NCBI GenBank assembly: GCA_013265495.1 | Contig: MU058000.1 | Span: 992,001 to 1,056,000 of the forward strand | Source of the DNA: Vicugna vicugna | Lineage: Eukaryota | Direction of reading: 5' to 3' | Length of the DNA stretch: 64,000 nucleotides | In this document: positions 40,781 through 52,655 of the stretch, piece by piece | Position numbering within the stretch: the first letter of the stretch is position 1 | Layout of the letters: each line of letters opens with the position of its first letter | Program-made: the position numbers and the translations under genes | The notes under the pieces: model-generated | What the model saw: the letters and a program-made list of their open reading frames with translations, nothing else | What the model was told of the DNA's origin: nothing | Database searches by the model: none

Positions 40781-41052
40781 CATCCCCTGCTTTTTTAAAA
40801 TGACAGTTTACTCATTCTTGAAATCTTTATTTTGGTAAATCTCTTATATTGGTGAATCTTTTGAAATACAAGAGTGATCACACATCTTATCCTTTGTGAG
40901 GCACTGCAAATTTTAATATGTCCTCACTCCTTTCCTACCTTCCTTTATCCCTTACTTTTAATATTAGAATTCTCATTTTCTGTGGTTTTAATTCTTCAGT
41001 CACAACCTATTGTGGACAGAATCTTATAGTTTTTGTCCTGCTGTCTTCTGAC

Positions 41053-41239
41053 CGGAGGCAGATCTAAGTTTTGTGAAATCTGAAGCAGGCACAATATGAG
41101 GGAAGCTCTTTCAGAAAAAGAATACAAAACCGGCAACATGAAACTAGTGATGAAAATTAAGGTTTATTTAGGAAGGCACCATGCAAGGGTGAGGTCTTGA
41201 AGCTTAAACTTTATTAACTTCATAGCCAGTCTGCCTCTG
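41053..41239 (-). mobile_element. hAT MITE (MER69A-like)
   Basis: Terminal inverted repeats cggaggcaga / tctgcctctg; degenerate 8-bp TSD cttctgac / tttatgac. Confidence 0.75.
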
Positions 41240-41249
41240 TTTATGACAT

Positions 41250-42090
41250 TTTATATTGTAAAGGAGAAATCTGAGGCCAGTTTGATGTTTGGTTGCCTGG
41301 TAGCCAACGTTTCATTCCTGTGATGAATGCTACTGGGTTTTTTTCCCTTTATGCTTGAAATGTAAGATTTTCATGGGGTAGAGCTAGATTTTGTTCTCTT
41401 CATCAGTGTTATCTGATATCTGGTGAATTTGCAGATTCAGATCTTTCATATCAGGAAGGTTTTTCTCCCATTATATCTTTGATTTTTTTAATTCTCTTTC
41501 AGTATAATTCGTTTCTTCTCCAGTAAATTATAAGTTGCATCTTTATGCTTTGCTCAAAGCTGTCATTATTTTTCTTGTCCTTTTAATTTCTTTGTCCTTT
41601 TCTCTTTGCGTTTGGGCAAGCTGATTTGTCTTCTGTTTTACTTATTTTCTGTACTGTCAATTTACTATTTCTAATACATTTTAAAATTCTGCTAGAATTT
41701 TCATTTTGTCAATGTTCTTTTTTATCTCATCTGCCTCCCACTTTATTACTTCCTGCCTCTCATTCAGCTCCATTTTCATGTCTGTTGAGGATATCACTCT
41801 TTTATCTTTTGTTTCATAGGGTGTTCATATTTTACTTCATTATAAGCATAAAATAAGGGCTAAGTTTTATTTATGCTTTCTGCAATAAGTATATTTCAAA
41901 CACATATTTTGCCTCTGCCTTTTGAGTTCATGTTCCCTTTTCTTCATGTTATCGAACCTTTTTCTTATATATATATATTCATTTATTTTACTCATATCCA
42001 TAGGATGATTAGAATTATATTCAGATCCAGCATTTTCTTTTAAAAAGTACTGCTTATTTTCCATTAGAATGTTCTGAGAATGCATTTTGA
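41250..42090 (-). mobile_element. Very old LINE-1-related 5'/ORF1-region remnant
   Basis: ggagaaatctgaggccagtttgat...tcaggaaggtttttctcccattatatctttga; T-rich. Confidence 0.55.
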
Positions 42091-43076
42091 TTTTAAGCTA
42101 TAGGGCTGGTTACCAGTTTGGTGACCCATCATTGTTAAGAAAGAGGGAGAGAATTTTGTTTCTATAAAGAGTCTTCCCTACATTTGATTAAGGACTCTTA
42201 TGTTTTCATATCCTTTCTGGGAATGTACCTGCCACATCAGGCAAGACTGATGCTACTTAAGAAGAAGTGCCATGAGTACTCCTGTTGGCAATAAACTGGG
42301 TAAAGCCTACCTCACAACAACCCTAAATGCTGGTGAGCTATAGTGATGTAAATTTGGAATAACGTATGAGTTCAGCTTTACAAATGGTTTCCATAAATCA
42401 GTAAAGGGAGCTGAGGAACCACCTGGTACCTTTTGACTCTAGTAATAGAATTAGACTGACTGTTTAGCACTGGTTATGGTAACTGACCCAGAAAATAGCA
42501 CTCTGTTATGACTTCGCATGGCTAGTTTCAGATAACTTTTGTACACTGTAATGGTCAATTCTCTTTTTCTATTGAGCAGCCTCTATAATTCTGTGGCTCT
42601 CTCTCTGGGATTGTGACCTCGGTTTGTACACATCTGTTTGGGTGGTTGAGAACCTGAATAATGACAAGCATTTCAGTTTCTGCATTGTGCTTCTGTTGTG
42701 GGATTGTGCTTAAGAAAACTATCTGCAAATCTGTGATAGTATATGTGAGGAAAGGGGTTTGATGAAAAAACTTAAAGGAATTTATCAAGGATATTTAGAG
42801 GTACTCTGAGAAAAAGGGAAGAAAACAGGCAAGACATTTTTCTCCACTTATTCACTGATAAATATAAGAAGTTTAGAATTGAGATTATGACCCATTCTCT
42901 TCTATTATTGCCATTGCAATGGATTTTGAGAACATGGGTTTTCAAGCAAAAGCTTGGGTCCCAATTTCATCTCTTTCACCCTGTAGAAAATTGTACTAAA
43001 TCTCTAATATCAATTTCTGTGCTGGTAAGATGGGATTAATAATACATACTGGATATTAAAATAATTAAGAGGATCC

Positions 43077-43167
43077 TTATTTTATTCTTTTTTATGGCTG
43101 AGTAGTATTCCATTGTATAAATATGCCACAGCTTCTTTATTCAGTCATCTGTTGGTGGACATTTAGG
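43077..43167 (-). mobile_element. Isolated internal LINE-1 fragment inside a MIR
   Basis: ~90 bp matching 44300-44389 with 4 mismatches; no tail. Confidence 0.85.
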
Positions 43168-43827
43168 TACATAAAGATTACTCAAGAGTATTAGCTATTA
43201 TTTTTATTTCTCTTTTATTGTTATGTTTAGTATTACATTAATAAATTATAGTTAGAAATCTTGTCTGAAAGCAGTGAAAACCAAACTTCATCTGGTTTAA
43301 GCAAAAGAAGGAGAATCTACTAGACTGTAAATATATATATGTAACTAAAAAGTCAAGGAGTAGACCAGACTTTAGGAATAGTTGGTTTGGGATTTATAAA
43401 GTGTGACAAGATGTCTTTTTTTCCCCCTTTTTTTTATGAGAGATAATTATTTCATTCCCAATCTCCATGTGGTGGCAAGATTGTGTAGATCAGAATATGC
43501 CACTTCAAAATATACCACTCTGGATACAGATTATTTTGAGCTACATGCAACTGAGAAAAAGCAGACACAGGATGAACTTTCTGCTGTCCCCCTGTCTGCC
43601 TGAAAATGTATCATAAATTCTCTTTATGAAGGTTCCCCCACAGCCCCCCACCCAGTTCTAATACCAGGAAAAGGATGACAACCTTATCACTGGAGATAAG
43701 AAATAACCTACACAAGCAAACCTTATGACTCGCCCTCACCTATGATTAGTTTCCCCGTATGTTTGCCTTCCTCCAGTTTGCTGCCCCTAGAAGCTCAGAG
43801 TCCCTTTCCTTTGTCCTGTCACTTCTC

Positions 43828-43828
43828 T

Positions 43829-43879
<51 letters not shown>
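43828..43879. repeat. (TTTA)13, L1-tail-derived microsatellite
   Basis: Directly visible at the L1 3' end. Confidence 0.95.
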
Positions 43880-45213
43880 TAAATTGAAGTATAGTCAGTT
43901 TGCAATGTTGTGTCAATTTCTGGTGTACAGCATAATGTTTCGGTCATACATATGCATACGTATATTTGTTGTCACGTTCTTTATTATTATCGGTTACTAC
44001 AAGATATTGAATATTGTTCTCTGTGCTATACAGAGAAACCTTGTTGTTTATCTATTTTATATATAGTAGTTAATATTTGCAAATCTTGAACTCCCAGTTT
44101 ATCCCTTCCCACCCTCTTTACCCCCGGTAACCATTACTATGTCTTTGAGTCTGTTTCTGTTTTGTAGATAAGTTCATTAGTGTCTTCTTTTTTTAGATTC
44201 CACATATGAGTGATATTATATGGTATTTTTCTTTCTCTTTCTGGCTTAGTTTCACTTAGAATGACAATCTCAGGTCCATCCATGTTGCTGCAAATGGCGT
44301 TATTTTATTCTTTTTTATGGCTGAGGAGTATTCCATTGTATAAATATACCACAGCTTCTTTATTCAGTCATCTATTGATGGACATTTAGTCTGTTTCCAT
44401 GTCTTGGCTATTGTAAATTGTGCTGCTATGAACATTGGGGTGCATGTATCTTTTCAAATTAGAGATCCCTCCAGCTATATGCCCAGGAGTGGGATTGCTG
44501 GATCATATGGTAAGTCTATTTTCAGTCCTTTTGAGTAATCTGCATACTGTTTTCCATAACAGCTGCACCAAACTACATTCCCACCAACAGTGTAGGAGGA
44601 TTCCCTTTTCTCCACACCCTCTCCAGCAATTATTGTTTGTGGACTTTTGAATGATGACCATTCTGACTGGTGTAAGGTGATACCTCATTGTAGTTTTGAT
44701 TTGTATTTCTCTGATAATTAGTGATATTGAGCATTTTTTCATATGCCTATTGGCCATCTGTATGTCTTCAGTGGAGAATTGCTTATTCATGTCTTCTGCC
44801 CAGTTTTGGATTGGGTGGTTTGTTTTTGTTGTTGTTGTTATTAAGTTATATGAGCTGTTTATATATTCTGGAAATTAAGCCCTCGTCAGTCTCATCATTT
44901 GCAAATATGTTCTCTTATTCTGTAGAATGTCATTTTGTTTTGCTTGTGGTTTCCTTTGCTGTGCAAAAGCTTATGTTTAATTAGGTCCCATTTGTTTATT
45001 TTTGCTTTTATTTCTGTTGCCTGGGTAGACTGCTCTAGAAAAACATTGCTGAGATTTATGTCAGAAAATGTTTTGCCTATGTTTTCTTCTAGGAGGTTTA
45101 TAGTATCTTGTCTTATATTTAAGTCTCTAAGCCATTTTGAGTTTATTTTTGTGTATGGTGTGAGGGAGTGTTCTAACTTCATTGATTTACATGTAGCTAT
45201 CCAGTTTTTCCAA
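43832..45213 (-). mobile_element. 5'-truncated young LINE-1 (~1.4 kb)
   Basis: ORF2 C-terminal peptides plus 3' UTR and patterned tail; 12-bp TSD cacttctcttta at 43820-43831 and 45214-45225. Confidence 0.97.
44503..45213 (-). pseudogene. LINE-1 ORF2 C-terminal fragment, frameshifted
   Basis: ORFs 44895..45344 (LTPYTKINSKWLRDLNI...KINKWDLIK) and 44503..44790 ([10 protein letters not shown]...[18 protein letters not shown], the CCHC motif). Confidence 0.95.
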
Positions 45214-46789
45214 CACTTCTCTTTAAATGTATCCTCTTTTGTCCAAATAATATAAAAGCCTCCAAGCTTAGCTGTTTCTTTGGAGATTTTCTCTTCTTTC
45301 CTTGAAGTTCCCTTGTGCCATGTAAAACTTTTAACATAATACATTTGTGACCCTCTTCTGTTAATCTGTCTGTTGTCACTTTATTTTGCAGACCCACCTG
45401 GAGAACCTAAGAGGATACAGGAGAATTTTCCTCCCCTGCAAAGTTTTTTAAACAGCTCCAAGGGTCAAATCAGAGAAAGATCAAGCAACATTGTCCCGAC
45501 AGGCCTAGGAAGCTGTTGAGATTCTGATCGGTCAGTTTGGGTCACTTGCCACTCCCGCCCTCAGCCTCCTACCCCTCAACCAAACTGCACTTGCTTGCAC
45601 TGGATTAGATCTGAATGGAGCCCTTCCTTGACCTTGTTAGCTGAGAGTTGGGCAGGGCTACTGAAGGGAGGGAGAATGGATGCTGGGGAGGCAAGCAGTG
45701 GATGTCCAGTCAGTTCAGAAACCGTGAGTAGGGAGAATTCTTCCCTAATTGAACCTACTGGTTCATCTTTTACTATGGATTTGCAAACAGAAGGTGGAAG
45801 AGTAACTTCATAATGACCTCTGAAAGTAAGCAGTATTAAAAATGAAAGATGAGGGCCTGTCATTTCCCATCTCTACTCAGGACTGCACCAACCACTGTGG
45901 TGACAGGAGAACCACGTCACGTAATGAAGAGCTTAGGGAGAGAGTGAGTGGCTTTCACTTAACTGGACCATTCCAGGCAACGAAATGGCAAAATGCAGCC
46001 GTCCCCAGAGCACTGGCTGAAAAGATTAGATGAATTTGATCAGATTTAATTGTGACCAGATTGTGGGAGTGAAAGTTGCAGTTTGAGTCAAGTTATCTGT
46101 TTTATTTCATGTCCCATTTTTAATGCCTCCGCACAGCCATCTCGCTTTTTCTAAATTACATGCCTCATTTTATTTGAGTTCCTCCTGCTTTTGACAGCTC
46201 CATGGCTTCCAATTTTGCTTCTGCTGCTTTGATTATTATTCCTGATTTGGTTGTTGATGAGACATGTGGTTTTCTTCAATTAGCTCTGTCACTCTTACAA
46301 ATGTGGGTGTCTCGCAAGTGTCCTAATTAAAGTCAGAAGGAGGAGGGGAGTAGAAATTACAGGCAATTACAACAGTGCCATCCTCCCCTCTCACTGCTCT
46401 TTTCTCCTCGTCATCGGGTGCATTCTTCTGTAGCTCCATTTTGCAAGCACACTAAGCAGCCTCTCTCTTTAAAATCCCATTAATTTTTTCAGAACACACT
46501 ATGCAGCTGTGTCAGTGTGTCATACGTTAGCTCTCTGGAAACCCCATAGCTTTCATTTAGTTTTATTAAGGATGGTCTCCTCTCTGCCAGTTTCCAACAT
46601 GTTTCAAATACATCCTACCTGTACCACCTCACATGGTCTTGTTTGTCTCCCCAAACCTGTGGGCTTACACTAAGTTCACTCCAGTTCAGTGCTACATATT
46701 TGTTACACATCTGAGTCTACGTAGTGTGGCAGGCAGTGTGCTAGGAGCTGGGACTACAAAGATGGTCGAGGGCAATGAGGTCACGACAA

Positions 46790-47010
46790 TGTGGGACAGT
46801 AAAAAGTGGGTGGATTTCAGAGCCAGACAAGACAAAGATTTAAGTCTCTGCTTTGCCTTGGGCAAAGTGCTTTGCTGGTTTTTTTGTGTGTTAAAATTGT
46901 GCTAGTAATACTTACCATGCAGAGTTGTTGTGAAGATTGGAGATAATGTATGCGAGGTAGCTAGCTTAGTGCCTGATACACCTCAATAAATGGGAGGCAT
47001 AATTATTATC
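46790..47010 (+). mobile_element. MIR SINE
   Basis: gccttgggcaaagtgct...cagagttgttgtgaagattggagataatgtatg...ctcaataaatg. Confidence 0.75.
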
Positions 47011-47164
47011 GTGGATCAGACATAGTGTACTTAAGGAACTCACCATCTACTCAGAGAGCAGAGTAAATTAACTTTGATGGTATATTGTTATATGTGTAAT
47101 AATGGAAAGATGTGGGTGGTAATGGAGCAGCCCCTGGGGCTCCAGAAGTTCTCTTCCGCCCACT

Positions 47165-47635
47165 TCTCTGTCTCCCACTCCCTGCTCCACCCTTCCCTCC
47201 CACCTCCAATGTGCTTCAGCCACCCAGCTTCTCCCCATCTCAGTCGCTCTGCACTTGTCCCTTGTTTCCCCCTCCTGCAAAGCTCTTCTTCCAGGTCCTT
47301 ATGTGGCTGGCTCTTTCTCATTGTTCAGGTTTCAGTTTAAATGTCACCCAGGAGAGGGTTTCCATAACCATCCAATATAAAATAGCCCCATCCCTTAACC
47401 TCCAGTTTTTTCACTCAGTTTCATGTACTTTATAGAAATCATCTGTAATTATCTAATTTGTTGGTTCAGATGTTTATTTTCTGGTGCTCCCCACATGGAT
47501 GTAAACGCCATGAGGGCAGAGACCCTGTCTGTTTTTGTTCCTAGCTGTAATCTCAGTGTGGCTGAGAATGAGCTGAATTCTCAACAATGGCTGCAATGTA
47601 GAGCGTGTTCAATAAGTGCCTGGGGGAATGAGTGT
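47165..47635 (+). mobile_element. LINE-2 3' end
   Basis: caggtttcagtttaaatgtcacc...ccatgagggcagagaccctgtctg...gttcaataagtgcctgggggaatgagtg. Confidence 0.8.
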
Positions 47636-48122
47636 GGCAGGGACAGACAGGGCCCAGATTTCAAACAGAAGGGTTTCAGTAGGGGCAGGTCTGCATCTTG
47701 CTGCTGCTGCTGCTCTGAAGGACAACAGCTCAGCTATGTGCCCTCATGGGCTCCTGAGTCTAAGGTAAGGGCCTAAGGTAATGGGAGGTCCGCATGGTGG
47801 TGTCTGACTGTGTACACTCAACCTGGTTTCAGAAAACTGGACTTAAATATCCTTTTTAGATCATCTCCTATTCAAGTTTTAAATATCTGAGCCCTTGTTC
47901 CTGGAACCCAAGTAAATCCTGATAGAAGAGTTTTCTAGGTACCAGTTAGTGGCCCTTGATAAGTCTTCATGGAAATCTTTTACTGCTTCTTTTCCTGTGG
48001 CTTCCCAGGGGGAGGTGGGGATTGCAGGAATAAGGTAGATAGGCATTTGAGTCCTTGTGAGGCTGAATATTTAGCTTTGGGCTTGGGCTTCTAGAAGTAA
48101 ATGCTAATTTTCACACCTAATA

Positions 48123-48629
48123 CAGCTGGCCTCCATTTCCGTGGGTTCTGCCTTTGTGGATTCAACCAATTGCAGAGTAAAAATATTTGTTTAAAAAAAA
48201 AATAAAAACTTCCAGAAAATTTTAAAAAGCAATACTTGAATTTGCCACTCTCTAGAGACTCTGTATACAGGACTTTTTATATAACATTTACATTGTATTT
48301 ACAACTGTTTACATTGCATTTGCATTGTATTAGGTATTGTAAGTAATCTAGAGATGATTAAAAGTGCATTTGACTCTTGAACAACACAGGTTTGAACTGT
48401 GCGGGTCCAATTACACCTGGGATTCTTTGAATTAGCACCACACCATCTGAGGTCGGTTGAATCTGCAAATGTGGAAAAACGGATACTGAAGGATGACTCT
48501 ATATGGCAGTACGTGTGTGGGTTATATGCAAATACTATGCATTTTATATAAGAGATTTGAGCATCCGCAGATATTGGAACCTGAGAGGGGTCCTAGAACC
48601 AATCCCGTGCAGACACGGAGATACAACTG
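48123..48629. mobile_element. TcMar-Tigger element (Tigger3/MER2 group)
   Basis: TA-flanked imperfect TIRs cagctggcctcc / ggagatacaactg; internal taggtattgtaagtaatctagagatgatt. Confidence 0.88.
48367..48499. mobile_element. Short Tigger2a-like MITE nested in the Tigger3-like element
   Basis: catttgactcttgaacaacacaggtttgaactgtgcgggtcca...cggatactgaaggatgactc; host sequence resumes afterwards. Confidence 0.8.
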
Positions 48630-49649
48630 TATTTCCCCTCCAGAATCTGAGTCAGGCTTAGAATGATAAGGCATTAAGAAGTCCTAGCCATGTTTTCAAA
48701 AAACATGTGACCTTGATCAAAAGCAGAGATTGAGAAAAAATATACAAGGCTTAGTAGGAATTTATTCCTTCTGTTGGAGAAACAATTCAGAGGGCAAGAA
48801 GCACTTATCAAAGCTCCCGATTCGCTGAGGAGGACGCATCACACCATTTTCTTATGAAAAGGACAAGTTTTTGTTTTAGCTCCACTAAGGCTTGCAGCTC
48901 TCTTATGCAGAAATATCTGCAAGGCATCCACTGAGCTTCCAGTCAAGTGGTTAACTAAGACTTTATAGTTGCTTCATTGGTGCTTCTGGGGCTTCTCACC
49001 GCTCACTCAGAATTTTAATTTGCATCCAGATATATTTGTGTTTTCTTTTAATTGTCTCTCTCAGTCTTCATCCATAAAGGAGGCTGAAGACTTAATGCTA
49101 CCTAAGTTTTATCTTTATATGACTACATTTAAATGCAATTTCAGGTTTTATTATGACACGGGAGAAACAGATATGGCTAGAGGACGTAATCTAATTCATT
49201 GCAATTCATCTCTAGGCCTTGGCAGTGTGAGAAGCTCAAAAAATTTGTTCCAACCTCTTAGTCTTCCAGACACTTGTGAGCCTACCTTGGCTACATAAAT
49301 TGAAGCTCAGAAGTAGAATTTTCTTTGTTTGTTTACACACAGAACGTCTTTTAGATTAACCATGTAAGTACATTTAAGAGGAATATTGTTTTGCTCATTA
49401 AAACAAACTCAAATAGATATCTTAGTATTTGGATTATTATTTGATTTCCGTCAGAATATTTGTATGCAGACCATAGGTGCTTTTAAATGGTTGAGACTGA
49501 ATTTCCATTGGCAGATGCTGTCAGGCACTGCCTTGTATCTGCACATTCTATATTGGATACAAGTTGGGTTATTCATGACAATTTCCTAGATCATGACAAT
49601 CTCCCCAGTAACCATCTCTGAGCCTCCTCTATTTCTTTTGGAAGCAAAC

Positions 49650-50075
49650 CTCAACCATTAGATGATAGATACCAATCTATGAGCCAAAGTAAGCGAAGGA
49701 TAGTCCTCACTCTTCTTTGGGCTGGACAGGCTCCTAGTCTGGCCAATATTATTCCTTCCATGGGATCTTATCAACTCGAGGTGGGAGAGAAAAACTCTGT
49801 TGTGTGAGTCAGGCAGTTGTTAGAATGTGAGTCCATTGATCAGGCAGCTGCATTTACCACAATGAGGAGGAAGTCTGTTTACATGAAGAGAAAATAAAGC
49901 CAGTATTCAGAGAGAAGCAGAGACAAGAGATCCAGTAGCACTTGAGCCTGGCTAGCCATCCCAGCCACACCCTTGCCTGCGGGGCACATGAGCAAATATT
50001 TTCTGTTTGTTTGCTTTGTTTAAGACAGTTTGAGTAGGGACTTCTGACGAATAATCAAGAAGTCCTTCACTAACA
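49650..50075 (+). mobile_element. Old MaLR LTR (MLT1J-like)
   Basis: cttgagcctggctagccatccc...atgagcaaatattttctg...ttaagacagtttgagtagggacttctg. Confidence 0.6.
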
Positions 50076-52384
50076 TAAACCCTATTCACACCAAAGTGAC
50101 AGTAAGGACAAGGGTTGTCCTGTAATTCCCATGAGGTCAACATGGTGGAAAACATTGCAACTTTGATTAGGATAGAGGAAGTGAAACACAGCCACAGTTA
50201 GAAACATTGATGCAAAACTGGCCACCTTAGGAAAAAAATAAGGGCCTGGAAATGAGAGAGTAGCATCTCCCCAGAGATGATAAGGGCTCTTGGGAGAGAG
50301 TCAGTAAAACCTGGGGACCACTTGCTCAGATACGTGGACCAAGGAAGGTTCCTACCAGTCCCACTGAGAAGGCGAGCTGAGCATTTGCAAAACCCACTTA
50401 GGGCTTTGTATAACTGTCTCTAAAAAAGATTCTTAATAACCCAAGTGATTCATATATAAAAAAGCCTTTTTATTACTTCTTTGCTGTTTATTTAATATCT
50501 AAATTTTGCTAACAATGATTTTTTAAAGCAATAAATAATAAACATTCTTTTAAATATTCACATACTATGAGATCATGATAAATAAAAACTTATAGATTTA
50601 ACAACATTAACTTCCCCAAATACTGAGACATTCGCTGCAAACATAAACTTGCTTCTTAAAACTCTTCTTATGATTTAATTAAGCACAGATTCCCCCGGAG
50701 ACTTCAAAAAATGCTTAAATATGCTAGGATGCAGGGGAAACACATACAAAATATCTCAATAGTTAACAGACTAGTGTACTTACAGTAAAACTTGGTACCG
50801 TAATGTAAACAGTGTGAACTGAAATGTAGTTTTTATCTCTATTCTCATTCTCATTTTTATTCTTTTTCTTGTTGCTAAACTTATTTTTAATTTTTATCCT
50901 AATTCTTTTTTCTGTTCTTATTCTTTTCCTTATTTTGAGTCCTTCCCAGGGTTACCTTTCTAAACTGACAGTTGATGTGCTATGTGCTCTATTTTCATCC
51001 AATGCTTGTGATAATCTTACGAGACTCAGTTGAAAAGTAACACCTTCCCAGACTAGCCAAGATGGTGTGTCTAGACTGTTGACCAATTGGTTGTACAGAC
51101 CAGAATCATGCCTGAGTTTTCGGAAAAGGTGAAGGTTCTGCTTTTGAATCATGGACAGAGCTGGAAAATCTATTGCTTGCTTAAAATTGTGAGCTCAAAT
51201 TGATTCTTCCAATTTAACAATTATATTTCTGTCTCTACTTTTCTCTTAGTGTGGGTTTTCATTTTTCACTAAGCCTTTCTATCATACTGAAAATTTATTC
51301 TAAGTTTAATGTACAGTGAAATATACCAGTTCTGGTTTCAAAGGGTAATAAATCTAGTCGTTCTCCAAAATCTTCTGCCGTCTTCATAAAGCCCCAAGTT
51401 ATATTTGACAGAGGGGTTCTCTCACTGGGCTGGGTTGAGCTTTCCTCGCTCTCAGAACAAAGCGTGAGTTAAGCCATCTCCCTGATCTGTGTTAATGAGA
51501 CATTTCTTTCCAAGTGTGCGTCCCATTGTCCTTGCACTTGGAGCTCCATTGACTTTCTGCAGACAGATACTCATCAGAAAGGGCAGATTTCTGCTTATGG
51601 GCCTGAAATAAAGCCATCGCCTCATTTCCTGGATGTAGCTCAATCAGAGCTGCCTGTTTTTGTAAGAACTTTGGAATACCTCCATAGGAAAGTTACCATG
51701 GAAATGAAAAATGCAAGATATTAGTTTTTGCAAAGTCTAACTAGAATGTTTTGAGAAGGAGACCAAAGAGGAGTCAGAGCATTTGTCTCTTCGTAAAGTC
51801 TGGGAGAAATTCTTGCCCTTTTGGGAGTGACGGTAGAGTCTGAAATCCTCGGAAAGATGTACTGCCAAGCCACTCGCTCCAGCTCAGTTGCTGCAACCGG
51901 TTGCCACTAACAACTTCTTACACCAACAGATCCCGTTTTCTGTCTCAAGAGCTTTAAAATGCCATGCTCCTGCCTATTCTGACAATAAGTCTACAGCTTG
52001 CCCTAAATGTTTTCATTTTCTGTCTGGAAGTTAATAGGAGCATGGTTTGTTACATGCAGAACACATTTGGACTAATAAAAAATGAATAGGACCACCTGGT
52101 GGTCCTTCCCTTTAATCTAGACCTTGGGTTCATTTCTGCCCCATTTATTCAAGGTTGGGGCTGAATTCCACTTGCCAAGTATAACAAGTGCAATCATTTC
52201 TGTTTAATTTTTTTTTTTTTGTCCCTGAGCCTGCACATTTTCTGACTTTAGTCTGGATGAATACAAATGTGAGCAAATGCAAAACCAGACTGTACCACTT
52301 TAAGAAAGTGGCACGTTCTTTCGGCTCTGCCATTAGATGGCAGCAGTACGACATGAAAAGCATTGAGGCACTTCATGAGTAAAG

Positions 52385-52655
52385 ATGATGATGATGGTGA
52401 TGAGTGAGGCATATAACCTTGGATTTACGCACTGCCTTCATTCCAGTGTAATTTTATTGCTGTTTTTCTATCGATCCTCAGAATATACATAGGAGATGGG
52501 GAAAGGGAAAGTCTTATTTCCACGTTGTGAGGTGAGATTAATTAAACTCACAGTTATTGAGAGACTTGCCCAGTTGACCTAGCAAGTTGTTACCAGAGCC
52601 AGTCCTGGAATTTAAGTCTTGGGGTCCAAATCCAGGCTTCTGTTCACCTGTACTC
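52385..52655 (-). mobile_element. MIR SINE
   Basis: gacttgcccagttgacctagcaagt...cagagccagtcctggaa. Confidence 0.65.

Larger units (their letters stand above)
43482..45440 (+). mobile_element. ERV1 solo LTR (MER34-like), split by an L1
   Basis: Start tgtgtagatcagaatatgccacttcaaaatat; resumes after 45225 with TATA (atataaaag) and ends tcctcccctgca; flanks aagat / aagtt. Confidence 0.8.
43250..45600 (-). mobile_element. Old MaLR LTR (MLT1J/K-like), split into ~43250-43481 and ~45441-45600
   Basis: aaaccaaacttcatctggtttaagcaaaag...ctccatgtggtggcaagat on the left; tctgatcggtcagtttgggtcacttgcc on the right. Confidence 0.55.

Noticed and set aside
44895..45344. 149-aa ORF as a novel LTR-L1 fusion protein
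   Set aside because: A chance read-through from antisense LTR sequence into a truncated L1 ORF2 that frameshifts soon after.
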